Assembly: GCA_016748015.1 (NCBI GenBank)
Contig: JAAOMT010000446.1
Span: forward strand, 125,752 to 189,751
Direction: 5' to 3'
DNA: 64,000 bases
Origin: Geosiphon pyriformis uo1
Lineage: Eukaryota; Fungi; Glomeromycota
Made by a program: the position numbers and the translations under genes. Positions 11,787-25,900 of this stretch are shown piece by piece. Under the pieces are notes generated by a model, which had not been told where the DNA came from, ran no database searches, and saw only the letters and a list, made by a program, of their open reading frames with translations. Position 1 is the stretch's first letter. Each line of letters opens with the position of its first letter.

Positions 11787-14700
11787 TTTTGGATTTGAAA
11801 AAGTTTTGGAGAATTGCAAAGTAAAGAAAATTTATTTTTTAAATAAAAAACGAAAATTTTAATCTGTTATATCGAACTGTGCTTTCAATAAATCAATCTT
11901 TCATATTCCTTTAAAATCATCCTCTTTTTATAAAAAAAAAATTCTAAAGGAAGAAAGGCTTTTTCACGAAGACCACTTTGAAAAATAAAGTCTCGAATTT
12001 CGAATTCTAATATGGGTAGTGAAAACAAGGCTTAGCGAAGTAGTTTTATAATTTGGAAGATCCCGAAACGTTTTGATTTGATGAGATTTTTATAGCAAAA
12101 ATTCTCAAATTCAAGAATCATTTATGCCTAATTCGATAGCACAAACTTGAAAAACCGAGAATTTCTTAAATTCTAAAAATTATAAAAACAGATGAGAAAT
12201 TTCCATTGAAGCTTTTGCTTGGCTGATATTTGCTTCATTTACAAGCCTTGATATAATTTTCTGTATCTCCCATAGTTAAAAAATAATAATAATAATATGG
12301 TTCGAAAAGTAATTTCCAAGTCACTGAAACTGAAATTAATAGAATCAACCAAAGGCAAGCTACCATGTATTATCGAAGTTTTACCTTGAAAACCTAAAGA
12401 AATTTAGATTTTTGCTAACTCAGACTTACATTATGACTGCCAACTTTACCAGATTCTCCTTTACCTATCAAAGTTCGGAATGAAATATTTTTACGTTGAA
12501 ACCCTGAATATACCTATTTTGGAAATATGATTAATTTAATGTCATCAAAGCAATCCATGGATGAAATTTTAAGATTGATTAGTGGCGAAAGATTCTTAAC
12601 TTCAAACTACGAATTAGCCTTGTATTCAAGTTTCAATCTTTACTAATTAACTTCTGAGAAGTTATATATTTGGTTAAGTATAAATATTGGATAAAGATAC
12701 CATGATAAAAAATTTGCTAGCTGGCAACTTTTCAAAATTTAAATAAAAAGAATAATGAAAATTATTATTATTATTATTATTGGTTCAATTTCAAGTTGAC
12801 TCCTTGGAGAAAAATTAGATTTCATGGAAATTGTAGTTTTTTCAATTCATTTAAAAGAGAAAATATTTCATTATTAAAGTCAAAGCTAAGCAAAATATAT
12901 AGAGCAAACTTTCGAGACATCTATCACTATTGTAAAAACTTGATGGCCACAAAATTTTTGAGCAAAACCGATGAAAAAATTTTTTAACCTGAAAAACTCT
13001 CCCGCAAGGCTTAGGTTTTTGAGGGTACACAGCATTTATCTTTACCCCTCAATGTTGTTAATTGGTGCTTTCAAAGAAACGACATGCAACTAAAAATGAT
13101 TGTACGTAATGGAAGCCAAATTGTTTCTTGAAAAAATTAGATAAGATCTATCAAAAAGGCGTTAAAAGATCAAAAATTACTCTCTCGTGGCCTGTTACAA
13201 TAAATAAAAAGTTGAGTGTACAAGAATTTTACTAGATTCAAAATTTAAAAAATCTAAAATATTTGTTAATCTACAGTAATTTCTTATTGAGGAAGCAAAA
13301 TTTCTCTATTTAAGATATCAGGTTAAACAACCACAAAGTTTTCTTTTGAAAATGGAATTTCTTTTCTATGATATAAAAAAATCCGGCTTTTCACTTTTAC
13401 AACTTTGAGTCTCACTTGAATCTGCAATGCATGATCACCCGACATACCAAATATGTAGGGTCAAATGCAGTAAATTCCTTGTATCCTTTTAAGCAGACAA
13501 AGGACAGAAAGGATTTTCGTCATTCAAATGACACCATCACCGTAGCATTCTTAACTCCATTTTTTTTTAGGGTTTTTCAATATTAAAAACTTGAATAAGG
13601 CAAGAGTTTCAATAAATGATGAAAAACTGGAGATTATTTGATATAGTTTTCGAGCTCCAAATTTATTTGTTTTCAGCTTCTTGATACCAATCTAACGTAC
13701 ATGCAAACTTATTATTAAGAAAAAAAATCATTACTAAATTAAAAAATTTTCACAAAAGTTAAAAAATTTCCCCCACAAAAAGCAAAGAATTCATTTTGTG
13801 TAAATGCTATTCAAAAAATGAATTCAATTTCATAATTATCAAAAGGAAAATTTTTTCTTGTAAAACTTATTTATTCTCTTGGAATTGATGAGAAAAATTC
13901 CAAAGTGGAAAAAATGGAAAATATTTTAATCACTATAATTCAATAAATAATTCACTTTAAAAAATTGATTTTTAACCAAAGAATGTAGCATTTATGGGTC
14001 AAACATACGGTAAGTCATGAGATATTTGCTCGTTTATTGAATTCAAAATCAAAGTTGCCCCCCATTGAAAGCATAGGGGTTTTTTTAAAGTCAAAAACTG
14101 TATTTTATTGATAGCATTTTCCAAATTTCTAGAGTTTATTATGTCACCAAAGCTTGTGGACCTGTCAAAAACTGAAAAAAAGTGTACGAATTCAAAGATA
14201 AGCTTTGATAAAGAGTTGTGAGACAAGATCTTTTTTTATAAGTATAAAAACAATGACACAGTGAAATTGCGCCTCGAAACAAAAAAAAACTAATCGGTGA
14301 ACTCAATGCAGGATCAGCTGGTACATTTGTGGATGCTAAAGATATTTGCTGTCAAATTTCTAAAAATTACATTTATAACATTGATCACATTAAGCCTTTT
14401 CGTTAAATATGTTTGCCAAATGATCAAATAGTCTTGGCTTTTTCCTCTTAGGTTCTATTCAGCAAAGAAGCAACCCCGCTAGAATTAGAAATTTACAGGC
14501 TTGGTGCTCTCATTTTGTAAACAGATCACACCTTACATGACGCAATAATCTGCAGAGTCAGACGACAGTGGATCAATATAATCTGAAGTGTGGCAAATAT
14601 TAGAAAATGATGCCCAAATGGTTTAACAAACTTTTCTGGTTAAAGTACACCAACTTTGAAAAATAACCTGTTAAGAGTCTCTTGAAAAATATTTTAATTT

Positions 14701-15401
14701 TTATTGCATACTTTCTGCTCACAATAAATATTGACTGCTTGAATGTAACAAACCCATTATATAAATTCAATGATATCCGCTATTTATTTAACACAAACTA
14801 TGCGCAAAAAAATTTTTTTTTCACAACACCTTTCCCGATCGTCCAACAATAATTAAAGAACAAACAATAAGCAAGATGTTACATTTTGGGCGTAATTACA
14901 TTAATAACTTTGAAATTCAAGCAATTTTTTGCATTGTCCAAAAAAATGATTTACTTTTTGATCTTGAGCAGCGATCAAAGGAAATGAATCTTGGGCGTAC
15001 GTTCAACAGGAAATAGGGTTCTACCCAAAGGTGTGGCAAATTTGAAAACATATTCTTAGTTCTTTTATCAATGTGTGCGTATTATTCGAAGTTAACATTG
15101 CAGCAATATTTTGTGACGAAATTTACTCTGGAATTGGGTCATTGAAATGGTTACCAATGATAAACTTTGAAAATATCGCGGTGCATTACTTGACTTTTGA
15201 AAACCAAAATATACTGCAATTGACTAAAAGGCGTAAACAGTGATTTGGAATTGGAAAACTCACCAGAAAATTATGCATTTAATTCCTTGTCATTTGACCA
15301 AAAATCTTTAAAGTGTATCCCCTAATTGGTGCCTGCCTTTTTTATTCTTCATAATCAATCTTACCCAATGATTTGTTTTGTTGGACAGAGAATTTAACAT
15401 A

Positions 15402-16445
15402 TCAGACCCAAAAGAAGTTAATCTTTTTAGCCGAAATTCTCTTGCGTTTAAAGAAATCCCAATAATATATGTTGGGTCGTTCATCGCCAGATGTCAAAAA
15501 TGATCTTTATCCCGAGAATTAAAAGTTTAAAAACGCAAAAAAACTAATTTGTTGAAGTAAAACTACAAGAGATTTTATTTTAATGCTCCTTGAAGTTCAA
15601 AAACATCAACGCAAAACTTATAGTCATACCGCTCACGCGTGGGCTTCTCTATCATGAATAACTTATCATGCCGTACAACACCACGTGTGGCAAAGCAAAA
15701 CACTGCGAGTTTTGGGTACGTAAAATTATTTAGAACATGATACAGCATGTGGCATTCTTTCGGGTGCAACCTTTGGCGGTTTCTTTGTCCTGAAAAAAAC
15801 ACGAAAAATAAATCACAGCACACAAAAATTGCCACGCGGCATGCAAAAAAAACCCTAAACACAACACAGACCGTGGTATGGTCTCGAGATATACTCAGCT
15901 TGAACAAACGAATTTAACTTACTCACCTTTTGAATAATTTGCAAATTTGACATAAAAACGGGAGTCGTCAAAACGATCTCTTTTTTCTCTATCTGTTCTC
16001 CGTCTCTGTTCTAATATTGATTCGCGAGCCATTATATGAATGACACGACTCCGAAAAACTCTAGTGACATATTCTTCATAATCATGAAAATCATCGCCCT
16101 CAAATTTCTTCAATCTTGAAATAGATAAATGAGTGGCTTCTAAGCTTTTCTCGCACCAGCGATATGTGGTTTCAACATAATCATCATTACTAAGGCTCGA
16201 TCCAAAAATATGCCGCAGTTTAGTAAACCTATCATCATCATCACTAAAGCCGATCGACTCGGTGATACTACCAATCATGAATTCGTCTATATACACGCAA
16301 TTGAATCAAGTTTGGCATAAATCGCCTTTTTGCCAAAATGTTTAAAATGTTATTTTTTTATTGTTACAATGATTCGCTCAAGAACAACGTCCATTTCATT
16401 CTTACGTTCTTCAAAAATCCGATTTTCTTGAAGAGTTTTCTCCGT
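15402..16445 (-). pseudogene. Probable decayed homeobox gene (N-terminal helical region plus C-terminal homeodomain)
   Basis: Intron 15926-15790 joins ORF 15919-16296 to RNRQRLHPKECHMLYHVLNNFTYP, which fits homeodomain spacing R3,R5,L8,L16,L20,Y25,P26. A downstream segment DKDH..LTSGDERPNIYYWDFFKRKR fits G39,I45,W48,R53; frameshifts are present. Confidence 0.5.
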
Positions 16446-17111
16446 GGAAAATAATTAGTTTCGTTAACGAATTTAGAATTCTGCAGTACTTTATTTTTGC
16501 CCCCACTAAATTTTTGTCTTATGGGATAAATGTAAATACATTTTTCCTTTGATAGAATATCCTAGAGTCAAAATTCATATAGATTAGACAGTATGATGCT
16601 CTTACGGTCGCTTCTTCGTATACCCACAAGATTTACACATGACCATGTATTAGCACTTGTAAATTAGATAGAAACTCGTATATTTATCCTGCCAGATCGA
16701 CAAAGGTTTTTTTTTTTATTAAATAAAATCGAATAATTTACCGAAATCACGAAAAGTCTATATAACATAATATCCTGAATCAGGAGAAAATAGAAAATAG
16801 AATAAGGGATTTATGTCTCTTTCGTTATTCCTAACTTCCCATCTGGAGAAGATAGGAATTATAGAAAGGTGTAAGTATTGAAGGGTTTATATATGTAAAT
16901 AGAATAATAAAAAAAGCTCAAGGGGTCGCGGATTTGCTCAAGAACAGAAATATTTAGAGTAAAAGCGAAAAGAAAAAACGTTCTGCCAAAAATCTGATCT
17001 GTAAAAAATTGTGCGAATGAACTGGGTGAGAAATCATCCTTGGAAAATCGAAATATTAAAGGTAAAGTTCGTGTTCAACTTTTTTTTAGCGAAATTGTCC
17101 ATTTGAGAATT

Positions 17112-20100
17112 CTATACTTCAAAATCACCCAATAGCTTCTCTCTATTGGGAACTCCTTTGATCTCCCCTTTCTGCACCTTCTCAAGTGTTTTTATGAGAT
17201 CATAATTGATCTCTTGCGATACGACCGAATCGTGATTGTATTTCGGATGGGAGCGTACAAATTCGCGAATCCATGTTGCAGCAGTTTGTAATTTTCCTAG
17301 ATAGACAACGTTAAAATCTTAATTAGATATCTAAAGATGCATGGAGGATTACAATAGTCATCATAATAATAGTATTTATTAGTATACAATACCGTTCGCC
17401 CTACGGCTCACCAAATCCAAGTATTTATTTAATTTGGCACGAATTTTTTCATCAACTTGAACCGAATCGAGATAATTATTGATGAGCCCGATCAGGCCAG
17501 GAAAATTTTCCCCCTATAAATCAGCGACGAAAAATGAGCTAGAATAAGAAATGCCTTGAATAAAGCTTCCAAATCATACTTACGTTTCCGTTAATAATAT
17601 CGTTTATCGTCACTTGTTCATACTCTTGGTTGACTACAGAATGAGAAGTGTGATCATTCACTCCATTCATTCCATTGGATCGAATAACATTAGGAGATGC
17701 ATTACTACTTTGTGCTGCATCGTTTATCTCTGAAGAAGCGGTAGATGAGGGTGGTGATGACCTCCCACATGAACATAGCCCGTTTTTGGTATAATCATTG
17801 CCTGAAAATATGATGTTAGCAAAGGTGATGCTTAATTTCAATCATTTGATCAAATTGAGAATTCTCTTCTGGGAGGAACCTTCGAGGTTGAGAAATTGAG
17901 AAAAATCAAGAATTTGCATGATATTTACCGCTATCAAAGAGCTCTTTCCTAAACCAGAATTTTTCATGCAAAACAGCTCCGCGTTTATGAGCCTTACCCA
18001 TATTCTCATCAACCTTAAATTTTTAAACATTAATTTGATGTTATATTTTGAATTTGAATCAATTTCTAAAGATGAAAAATCTTAGTACCTTAGAAATGGG
18101 TATATAGAAATTTGATCCCATCCCCATTATAACTCTTGTAAGTAGGGCAATAAATACAGCAAATGCCGCATTTTCAAAGTCAGTAATTTGAGCTTCCATA
18201 CTTCGGAATTCAACTCGCCAACCAATGTCTGAATTAGGAGGTGGGGGCTTAAACCTCATAGTTTGCCAGTTTGTTGATTGTATATTCTGAGTATTGAATG
18301 CCCAGAATTGTAGACTGAAAATGTTTGGGTGAATACTATCTTCATTTTTTGGAGACTTACTTCGAAATGATCGGACGATACTTCGTCATCTTGATTCAGG
18401 AGCTCCTCAAAGATGACTAAAGGGTCACGGATGAATAAGTGGGATACATGACGGGCCAAGAGTTCATCGATTCCTTTGGTGATTAAGGAGGAATATGAAT
18501 CAAATTAGACAATCGTTGGCCAAACGAGTGTAGCACCTTAAAACAAACCATTTTCCATCAATTTTTTGCAAATGTCTTTATCATAAACCAAAGGAAGATC
18601 ATTGTATTCTGGCTTTAGCCTTTCGTTAGTTGATATATAGGAATCGATAGAATCATAACGTGATTTGTTAATAACAAATCGGTCTTTTTTCAAGGGCTGA
18701 TAAAAGTTGACGTTTTAAGGTAAAATAAGGTATATAATTAAAGTCAAGTCTTCTAAAAATTGACCAACTAAAATACATACTTCAAGGCCTCGTTCTTCTT
18801 TTGTCCGATCATCTACACTATTGGCTATAACATTCCATCGACAATCGACATCTGCAAGATAGCCTCGATATGCCGGGGCAGCAGCTGTCAATGCCAACTA
18901 TTTACTCGTAATAAATTCACGCGATCAAAGTTTAGGAATTAGCCTAAACATATCAACTATTAAAAACCGGATTTCACAGTTTTTAAATTAAAAAATTGTG
19001 TAAAATTATTTACTAATCTCTCACCATTATTGGGCCCATCGGGGCCAATTGATCATACAAGTATCTCGCGTCTCCTATATTACAGGCTTGGAAAGTGATT
19101 TGTAAACAGCAGCAACCCATACCAAAACACATTGCGTCCATATAAATGTGCCCGGGTAGAGCAGCGCCTTTTGCTGCTTCTTTATCTTCTGGAAAATATT
19201 CACGGTTTGCGGGAATTGTGGGATCAAGGAAAGGCTTTGTCGTTTTAGTGTCATAAAAAATAGGCATATTAATTGCAACTTTTGCTCCTCGACGTTTTCG
19301 AATGTTTGCGGCTAAAGTGCTGATAAAAAAAATAAAATGAGATTAATTAATGGATGAGATATTTTTTAAATTCAATAAAAACTCACGGAAATCTGGCATG
19401 AGGATTGATAACTTCGTCAGGGACAAACATGCTTCGCGAGGCGTCTCCCTTGGGTTCGTAATGTGGCTCTGTAAAAACCCCATGGCATCCAAGACGAGGA
19501 AAACTGGTCAGTGTGATAGCCACTTCATTAGGTTTCATGTAATTTTTTGCCGTCTCTCTTCTCAATTTCATATTGGGTTCCACCTGAAGAAGGTCTTGCA
19601 TCGTGTTCCCATAGGGACTTCCGGGTGTACCTTTATAGGAAGATTAATGAGAATTTATTAAAATAATAATTTTTTAGGAAGGATCTCAGATTGAAAAATT
19701 TTTACCTTCAAGCATATACCTTCCAAACTCGGGTCGCCAAGAAGTACTAGCCTTTTTCCTAAAAAAAAGCTTAGATCAATCTTATATTTGTCATTAAAAT
19801 AGTTTTTTAAAAGATTAATACCCTGAAGTAGGATTTCTCAACACCTCCTCTTCCTCTGCTTGTAAATCTTTTAGGAATTCAAAAACTCTTAAAGATAATT
19901 TTGCGTTTTTATTCTCGTCATCATAGCTAATAACCATATATTCGACCTAAACTAAAGATTTTAGTAAATATTCAAAAAAATCCACATTAAAAATTTTATC
20001 ACATACTTCATCACCCCATAAAAGACAGGCAGTTTGCTTAGTTTTGAATTTGTGGTATATTGAAAGAAATTGGTCGATTCCGTGACTTCTAACGTGATCC

Positions 20101-20156
20101 GCATATTGTTTTGCCTGGTCCCAAGTAAGTGGTGTGCCGAGCGAAAGAAGTCCCAT
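17112..20156 (-). CDS. GSH1: Glutamate-cysteine ligase catalytic subunit (gamma-glutamylcysteine synthetase), multi-exon
   Basis: [99 protein letters not shown]. Confidence 0.97.
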
Positions 20157-20275
20157 TATGTTAAGAGTGTAGGTGATGAAATTTTCAAAATTATTTGTTG
20201 GTAGTGTTGATTTTAAACTTTCACGAAAAACTTATTTTATATTTGAGTTTTGAGGAGGGTGACGCACATTTGCTG

Positions 20276-20317
20276 ATTAATCAAAAGTTTTATTAATCAA
20301 AAGTTTTATTAATCAAA
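20276..20317. repeat. 16-bp tandem repeat ATTAATCAAAAGTTTT (about 2.6 copies) upstream of GSH1
   Basis: Copies start at 20276, 20292 and 20308. Confidence 0.85.
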
Positions 20318-22921
20318 TAATTCAGAAAAAGACAGATCGGTAACACAATGTAAGTTATTTTTGGCAAATATGAATCTATGACAGTCCCACGTTTTTCATT
20401 GCAAACAAACAAGTAAAACTGCGGGATAATAGCACTATGAGATTACTATGAACGAAAGGTCAAGTAATTCTGATGAACACTTGACAGTTTCTGGCCTAGT
20501 GAAAATTTTAAGAAACCGCTATATTTCAATACTCAAAGAAAGTAAAATTTGAACCTCATGCAAGTGTTTCCTAATGTCCAGATTACGAACCGGAAATGTC
20601 AAGTTCAAGAACTGGAAAAAATGAATTGAAAATACATACACAACTTTGGAATAACTCAACAATAAAAGAATGACTCAGTGAACTTGAGAGGAAAAACGAA
20701 CAAAAGAATTGATAATAGTGATAATTTTTTTTTTACGCGTTCAAGACTTATTATATTTTTTTTAGAGGCACCCGGCAATCGAAATTTGGTATAACTATCT
20801 TTTTCAGAATCAAACCAGGGAATTGTCAATACTTTTGCATATTCCAGGAGCAAATATTTTAGGTGAAGATTTTTTTCGTTTTGTACGAGACACGAAAGGC
20901 AGATGCAGGACTAACTTAAAACTTTTTTATCTAATTTTAATTTATTTATTTTGTCTCTCCTTGAATCATCATTAACCAATCAACTGTCGGCATCGGAATT
21001 GATTCTATTAGCAAAAAAGGATTGGAAAATGTCATTTTATGCAGAAATGGTGAAATTTTGAGTATCTATTATTGTTTCCAAACTTTACAGGCTCATCTTT
21101 CACGCGTTGTGCAGATCTAGAAACAAATCCGCGCCACTCTAGGCAACTATGGCGCCATTTCAACTTTTGATTGCATTAAATTGTGTTCCAAGGACAAACT
21201 CCCTAATTTTAACAACATTTGAGAGATTTAGCTCGTGGCAGACAAGCTTAAAAGTGGCTAATGAATGGAGACATTTCGAAATGGCGAAATATTATGTGAA
21301 ATAGAATATTTCTTGGTTCTATTCTTTGGTTACAAAACTTTGAAATTGACCCGAATTTCGCAAATTGGCTTCAAAAATGACCCAAATGTCGTTCTTTAAA
21401 AAATGTAAGAGATTAAACAAAACTTCTTAAATAGAATAACTTTTCAAATCAAGATGACATTGTGAGAAAATGCTTGGCGTCTTTATTTAATGAGATCTAT
21501 CACAAAAAAGGTAACTGCAGGGATTGTTTGTAATTTGTGTTCGAAACAATCCACCGTTCGATCGGTTCACCAAAGAATAAACTTCATATTTAATCAACTT
21601 TAGTTATAATGAACAAAGTTTGAAAAGGAACGAAAGAAAATGAAAGATGTTAGAAAGCTAATGAATCCTAAATTTTACTTATGACGTGATTGAATATTAG
21701 AGATGATATCAACTTGGGAATTCATACCAATCACGATTTTTAATAGAGCTATTTTTGAGTGTTTTATTGTAAGTAGCTATTTGCTCACTAAATGTCAAAT
21801 AATAATGCCGAATAAAATTGTCCAAAGCCAAGTTAAATTTTATCTTTTATGAGCGAATACCAAGAAATTAGAATGTATTACTATGAAAATTAATCTATCC
21901 TCTCGCCTGAGACCAGGTGAGTTAAAATTTTGATGAAAATCATACTTTAATAATATACTGATAACCCCAAAAAAGGTTTCAAAGAATGAACAATGCAATT
22001 TCCTAAAATGTTAAAATCATTAAAGGGAAGTTTATTCTGTTTGAATCAACCTTATTATTTGAGAAACAACAATAATATCCCACAAGAAAAAAATCTAATT
22101 ATGAAGAAATTAAAATTTTTACGTAATTGAATGAAACCTTGATAATATATGCAAGATGACATAATATTTTCTCTCCAATAAAATCGCAAAGAGTTAAAAA
22201 TCAAACTAAGATAAATGCATCATCTTTTCATCATCATGAAGAAATCAAAAGTTGGGTATATCCTTTCTAAATATTGCAAGACTATGGAAAAATCTCAAAA
22301 GAAACGACCCAGACTTTATTTCTGATGATGATTAATGGATATTTTTTAGGCAAAAGATTTTTTGGAAAATTTAAAATTAACAACTTTCGATTTCAGGAAC
22401 AAATATTGATAATATTCAGGTTTTTTGACATAGATCTCAGAATATTCCCAACAATATAAACAAAATAAAGGTTAACTCCTGATTTGGCAAGTTTTATAAG
22501 GAAAAGACCAATTAAAATTTATTTAAACAATGTTCTTTAAGTTTTTTTATTATAATTAATATTCTTTATTGACATATTTATTCATTACAATTATTAAAAT
22601 TTATGGTTTTAAAAAACTTGATTATTAATATCAGAAAAATAGAGATGATTAATTTAATTATTGTAAAAACAAAATAATCTTTCAAAATTAATAAATAAAG
22701 CTATGACAAAAATTTTCTTTAATAATTAAGTAAGTTTTTTATCAATTTTCTATTTTTTTATTTATGTTTTTTTTAATAAACCATAATATTTTTATTTTCT
22801 ATTTTGATTAATATATTATTTTATTATATAAATTATTAAATATTGTTAAATTATTAATTTAATATAATTATATTATTATTATTATTATTATTTAATTATT
22901 TATTTTCTTATTTATTACTTT

Positions 22922-22952
<31 letters not shown>

Positions 22953-22994
22953 TTTGTTTATTTATTTTTTATTGTTTTAATAAAATAAGTTTCT

Positions 22995-25900
22995 TCGAGT
23001 GGCTGGTTACATGTAGAAAGCGCGTGATTCGCGTCTAATTTAGAACATTTATAGTTATATAGTATTAGGTAACGATTAGATCACACTTCGTTAAAGTATA
23101 AAAAAAAAAAAAGATTCTTTTACTACCTATACAAATTAAAATATTTAATTAATTATAAATGTGAATTATAACCAGTCACTCAAATTTATATTATTCTATT
23201 TTACAAAATAAAAAATTTAAATTCGTATTATTTAAAAACAGATTTTTTTATATTAAAATTTAATATAAAAATTTTGTATCTTTTATAAAACTACTAAGCA
23301 GTTAATTATATAATTATTTATAAAAAACTTATATACTTATATAATAATAATAATAATAATAAGTTAAATTTTGTCTTTTTTAAAAAACAATATTCTTAAT
23401 ACTTAATGAAAAAAAAAATAAAAACCCAATAGATTTAACCAATAACTTTACTATCTAAGGTAGTTTATTTAAATAAAATTCTAAAAAAACCAATCTTAAT
23501 ATTTAAATTTAAAACCAAAAAAGTAATACATAATAAATAAACTTATAAATAACAAAATCAATAAAACAGTTTATAACGATTTTTAACACTAAAAATAAAC
23601 AAAAAAGATAGTTTTATAATTAAAACCAAATAATTTAAACTTTAATACTTATAATAATCAATATTTAGTAATTTCTTATAATTATAAAAAATAATAATTT
23701 TGCTACCAGTTTATATTAAAAATCTTGAATTTTTTGAATTAATTTTGGTATGTTGCTTTTAAAAAAAGAAAAATTTTCGACCAAAAACAAAAAAGATTTT
23801 AAAACAATTAAAAACTGCGTGTTTTAAAAATATTTAAGAAAAGTGCTTTTATAAAGTATTGTTTAGCTGTTTTTACAACCAAAAAAAAACTTTTTAAATA
23901 GTAGTATTTTTAGTAATTACAATAGAATAATGATTAGTTTTTGCTTTAATTGTGGCTATAAATGCAAGAAAAAAATAGTTTTTATTTTTTTTAAATAACA
24001 ATTATTATATCTTTTTATTGATATTTTAAATTGTAATATTTGATATTATTTTATGTAATATTATGGTTTGCTAATAGTTTTATATGTTTTTACAGGTGTA
24101 TTTTTAACTTAAATACAATGTTTTATTATATTTTTGTTATTTTTGTTTCTATTAATTATATATATTAATAATTAAAATAACATATTTAACCATTTTACTT
24201 TCAAAATTAACTTGAAAAATAAAAAACTTGTTTTTTGTAATTTATTAAATTAAATTTAAGTTTATTAATTAAGACATAAAATTACATTAATTGTGTTATT
24301 TTTATTAATAATTACAAATTATTTTTCAAACTTTGAAAATTTTTAAAAAGATTAAAAATCGTAATTTTAAAATTAAACAAATTAATTGAATTGTTTACAT
24401 ATTTAATTTGTTTTATTATTGTTTTTTTAATTAAATGTAATAAATTATTACTTGATCGATTAATAAATAATTTTGCTTAAACATTAAAATCACTTGTACG
24501 AAAATTGGTCTTAAACATTCAGATACAAATCTTAACAACTATTTTTTGATTTATAATAACAAGAGTGTGGTTTTTTAATTTGTTATTGTTGGGAAATAAT
24601 TGATTATATTGTAAAAATTGTAATAAAAATTAAAACCTAAATTAAAATAATATTAATTGTTTAAAAAATTCTTAAATTAATCAAATATTACCAATTAGAT
24701 ACAATTACAAAATATAATATGTATTCATTTTTTCGAATTAAATTAAGTGCTCAATAAATTTAATAGTGTTATTTTTTTTCAACTATTAATTTAACAAAAA
24801 AATTTGTACGAGTAAAAATAAATTCTAAAAATTGGTAAAAAACTGTTTTTATTACAAAATATAAAATTTACAAGTTTATAATAATGCTATTTGAATTAAT
24901 TAATGAATTTCTAATTTTTCAACATCTTATAAATAAAAGATTAAACCAGTTAATTAGAACTTAAACTTTAAATTAATCTAATTAAATTTTTCTTAAATAA
25001 CAATCTCTTTAATTTTTTGGTTATTTTATTGCAAAAGTAAATAATTAATAAATGTACATAAACCGCAGTTTTTTTTTGGATTGGCTTATTAAAATTTTGT
25101 AAAAATTGCATATTTTTTGAATCAAATATTGAAAAAAAATCAATTATTACTGAAATACTTATCAACGAAAATTTTTAAACTCTGAAAAAATTAATAAATT
25201 CCTTTTAAAGCAATTTGCTTCAAATAAACTATTCATTTTCTTTATTGATGTTTTAAATTTGAATTAAACACTGCATTGATTGAAACAATTATTCAATTAT
25301 TAAGTAAAGATGCTTATAGTAGTTTTGGTTGACAAATTACTCATGTAAATACTTATTTAGTATTATCAAAAAAATTAGAAAAAATTAACATATATAATGA
25401 TCAATAATATAATTAAATTAATATTTGTCTAAATAATATAAATTCACTTATAAAACTATAGTACAATGTAGTTGTTTTTTGAAATTCAAAAATTATTTTT
25501 ATCTTGAATAAAGTAACTTGAAAAATACTAACATAAATTCAATTTTTTGGTTAAAAATTAAAAATTTTATATAATTTTTGAATTTTTAAAAACAAATATT
25601 ACTAAAATATATTTATTACAAACTTTTCTTTATAGTTTTCTGGTTAGTATTTTAATTAACCACTAAAATCTGAAATTTAATAATAATTTTTGATTGAAAT
25701 TATTAATGTATTCTAATTACTAATTTTATGTTTTAGTTTCAATTTATATAAATTCAAATTCGAATTCAAATTTAATCTTAACTGTAAAAAAGATTTTAAC
25801 CTACGCATATTCCTAAATAAATACACTTTAACCAATTGTAAAGTTATTTTTAAAAACATTATATTAAAATTATGTTAATTTATTTAATTATCTTTTGAAG

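Noticed and set aside
13427-13470. Imperfect hairpin (ACCCGACATA..TATGTAGGGT), with another at about 13019-13052, as ncRNA
   Set aside because: Short stems with no snoRNA, tRNA or other family hallmarks
14250-14580. TATA plus exon-like sequence as a gene
   Set aside because: The ATG is followed by an immediate stop and no family is recognisable
20650-21400. Moderately GC region with short ORFs
   Set aside because: No coherent spliced frame or motif could be reconstructed
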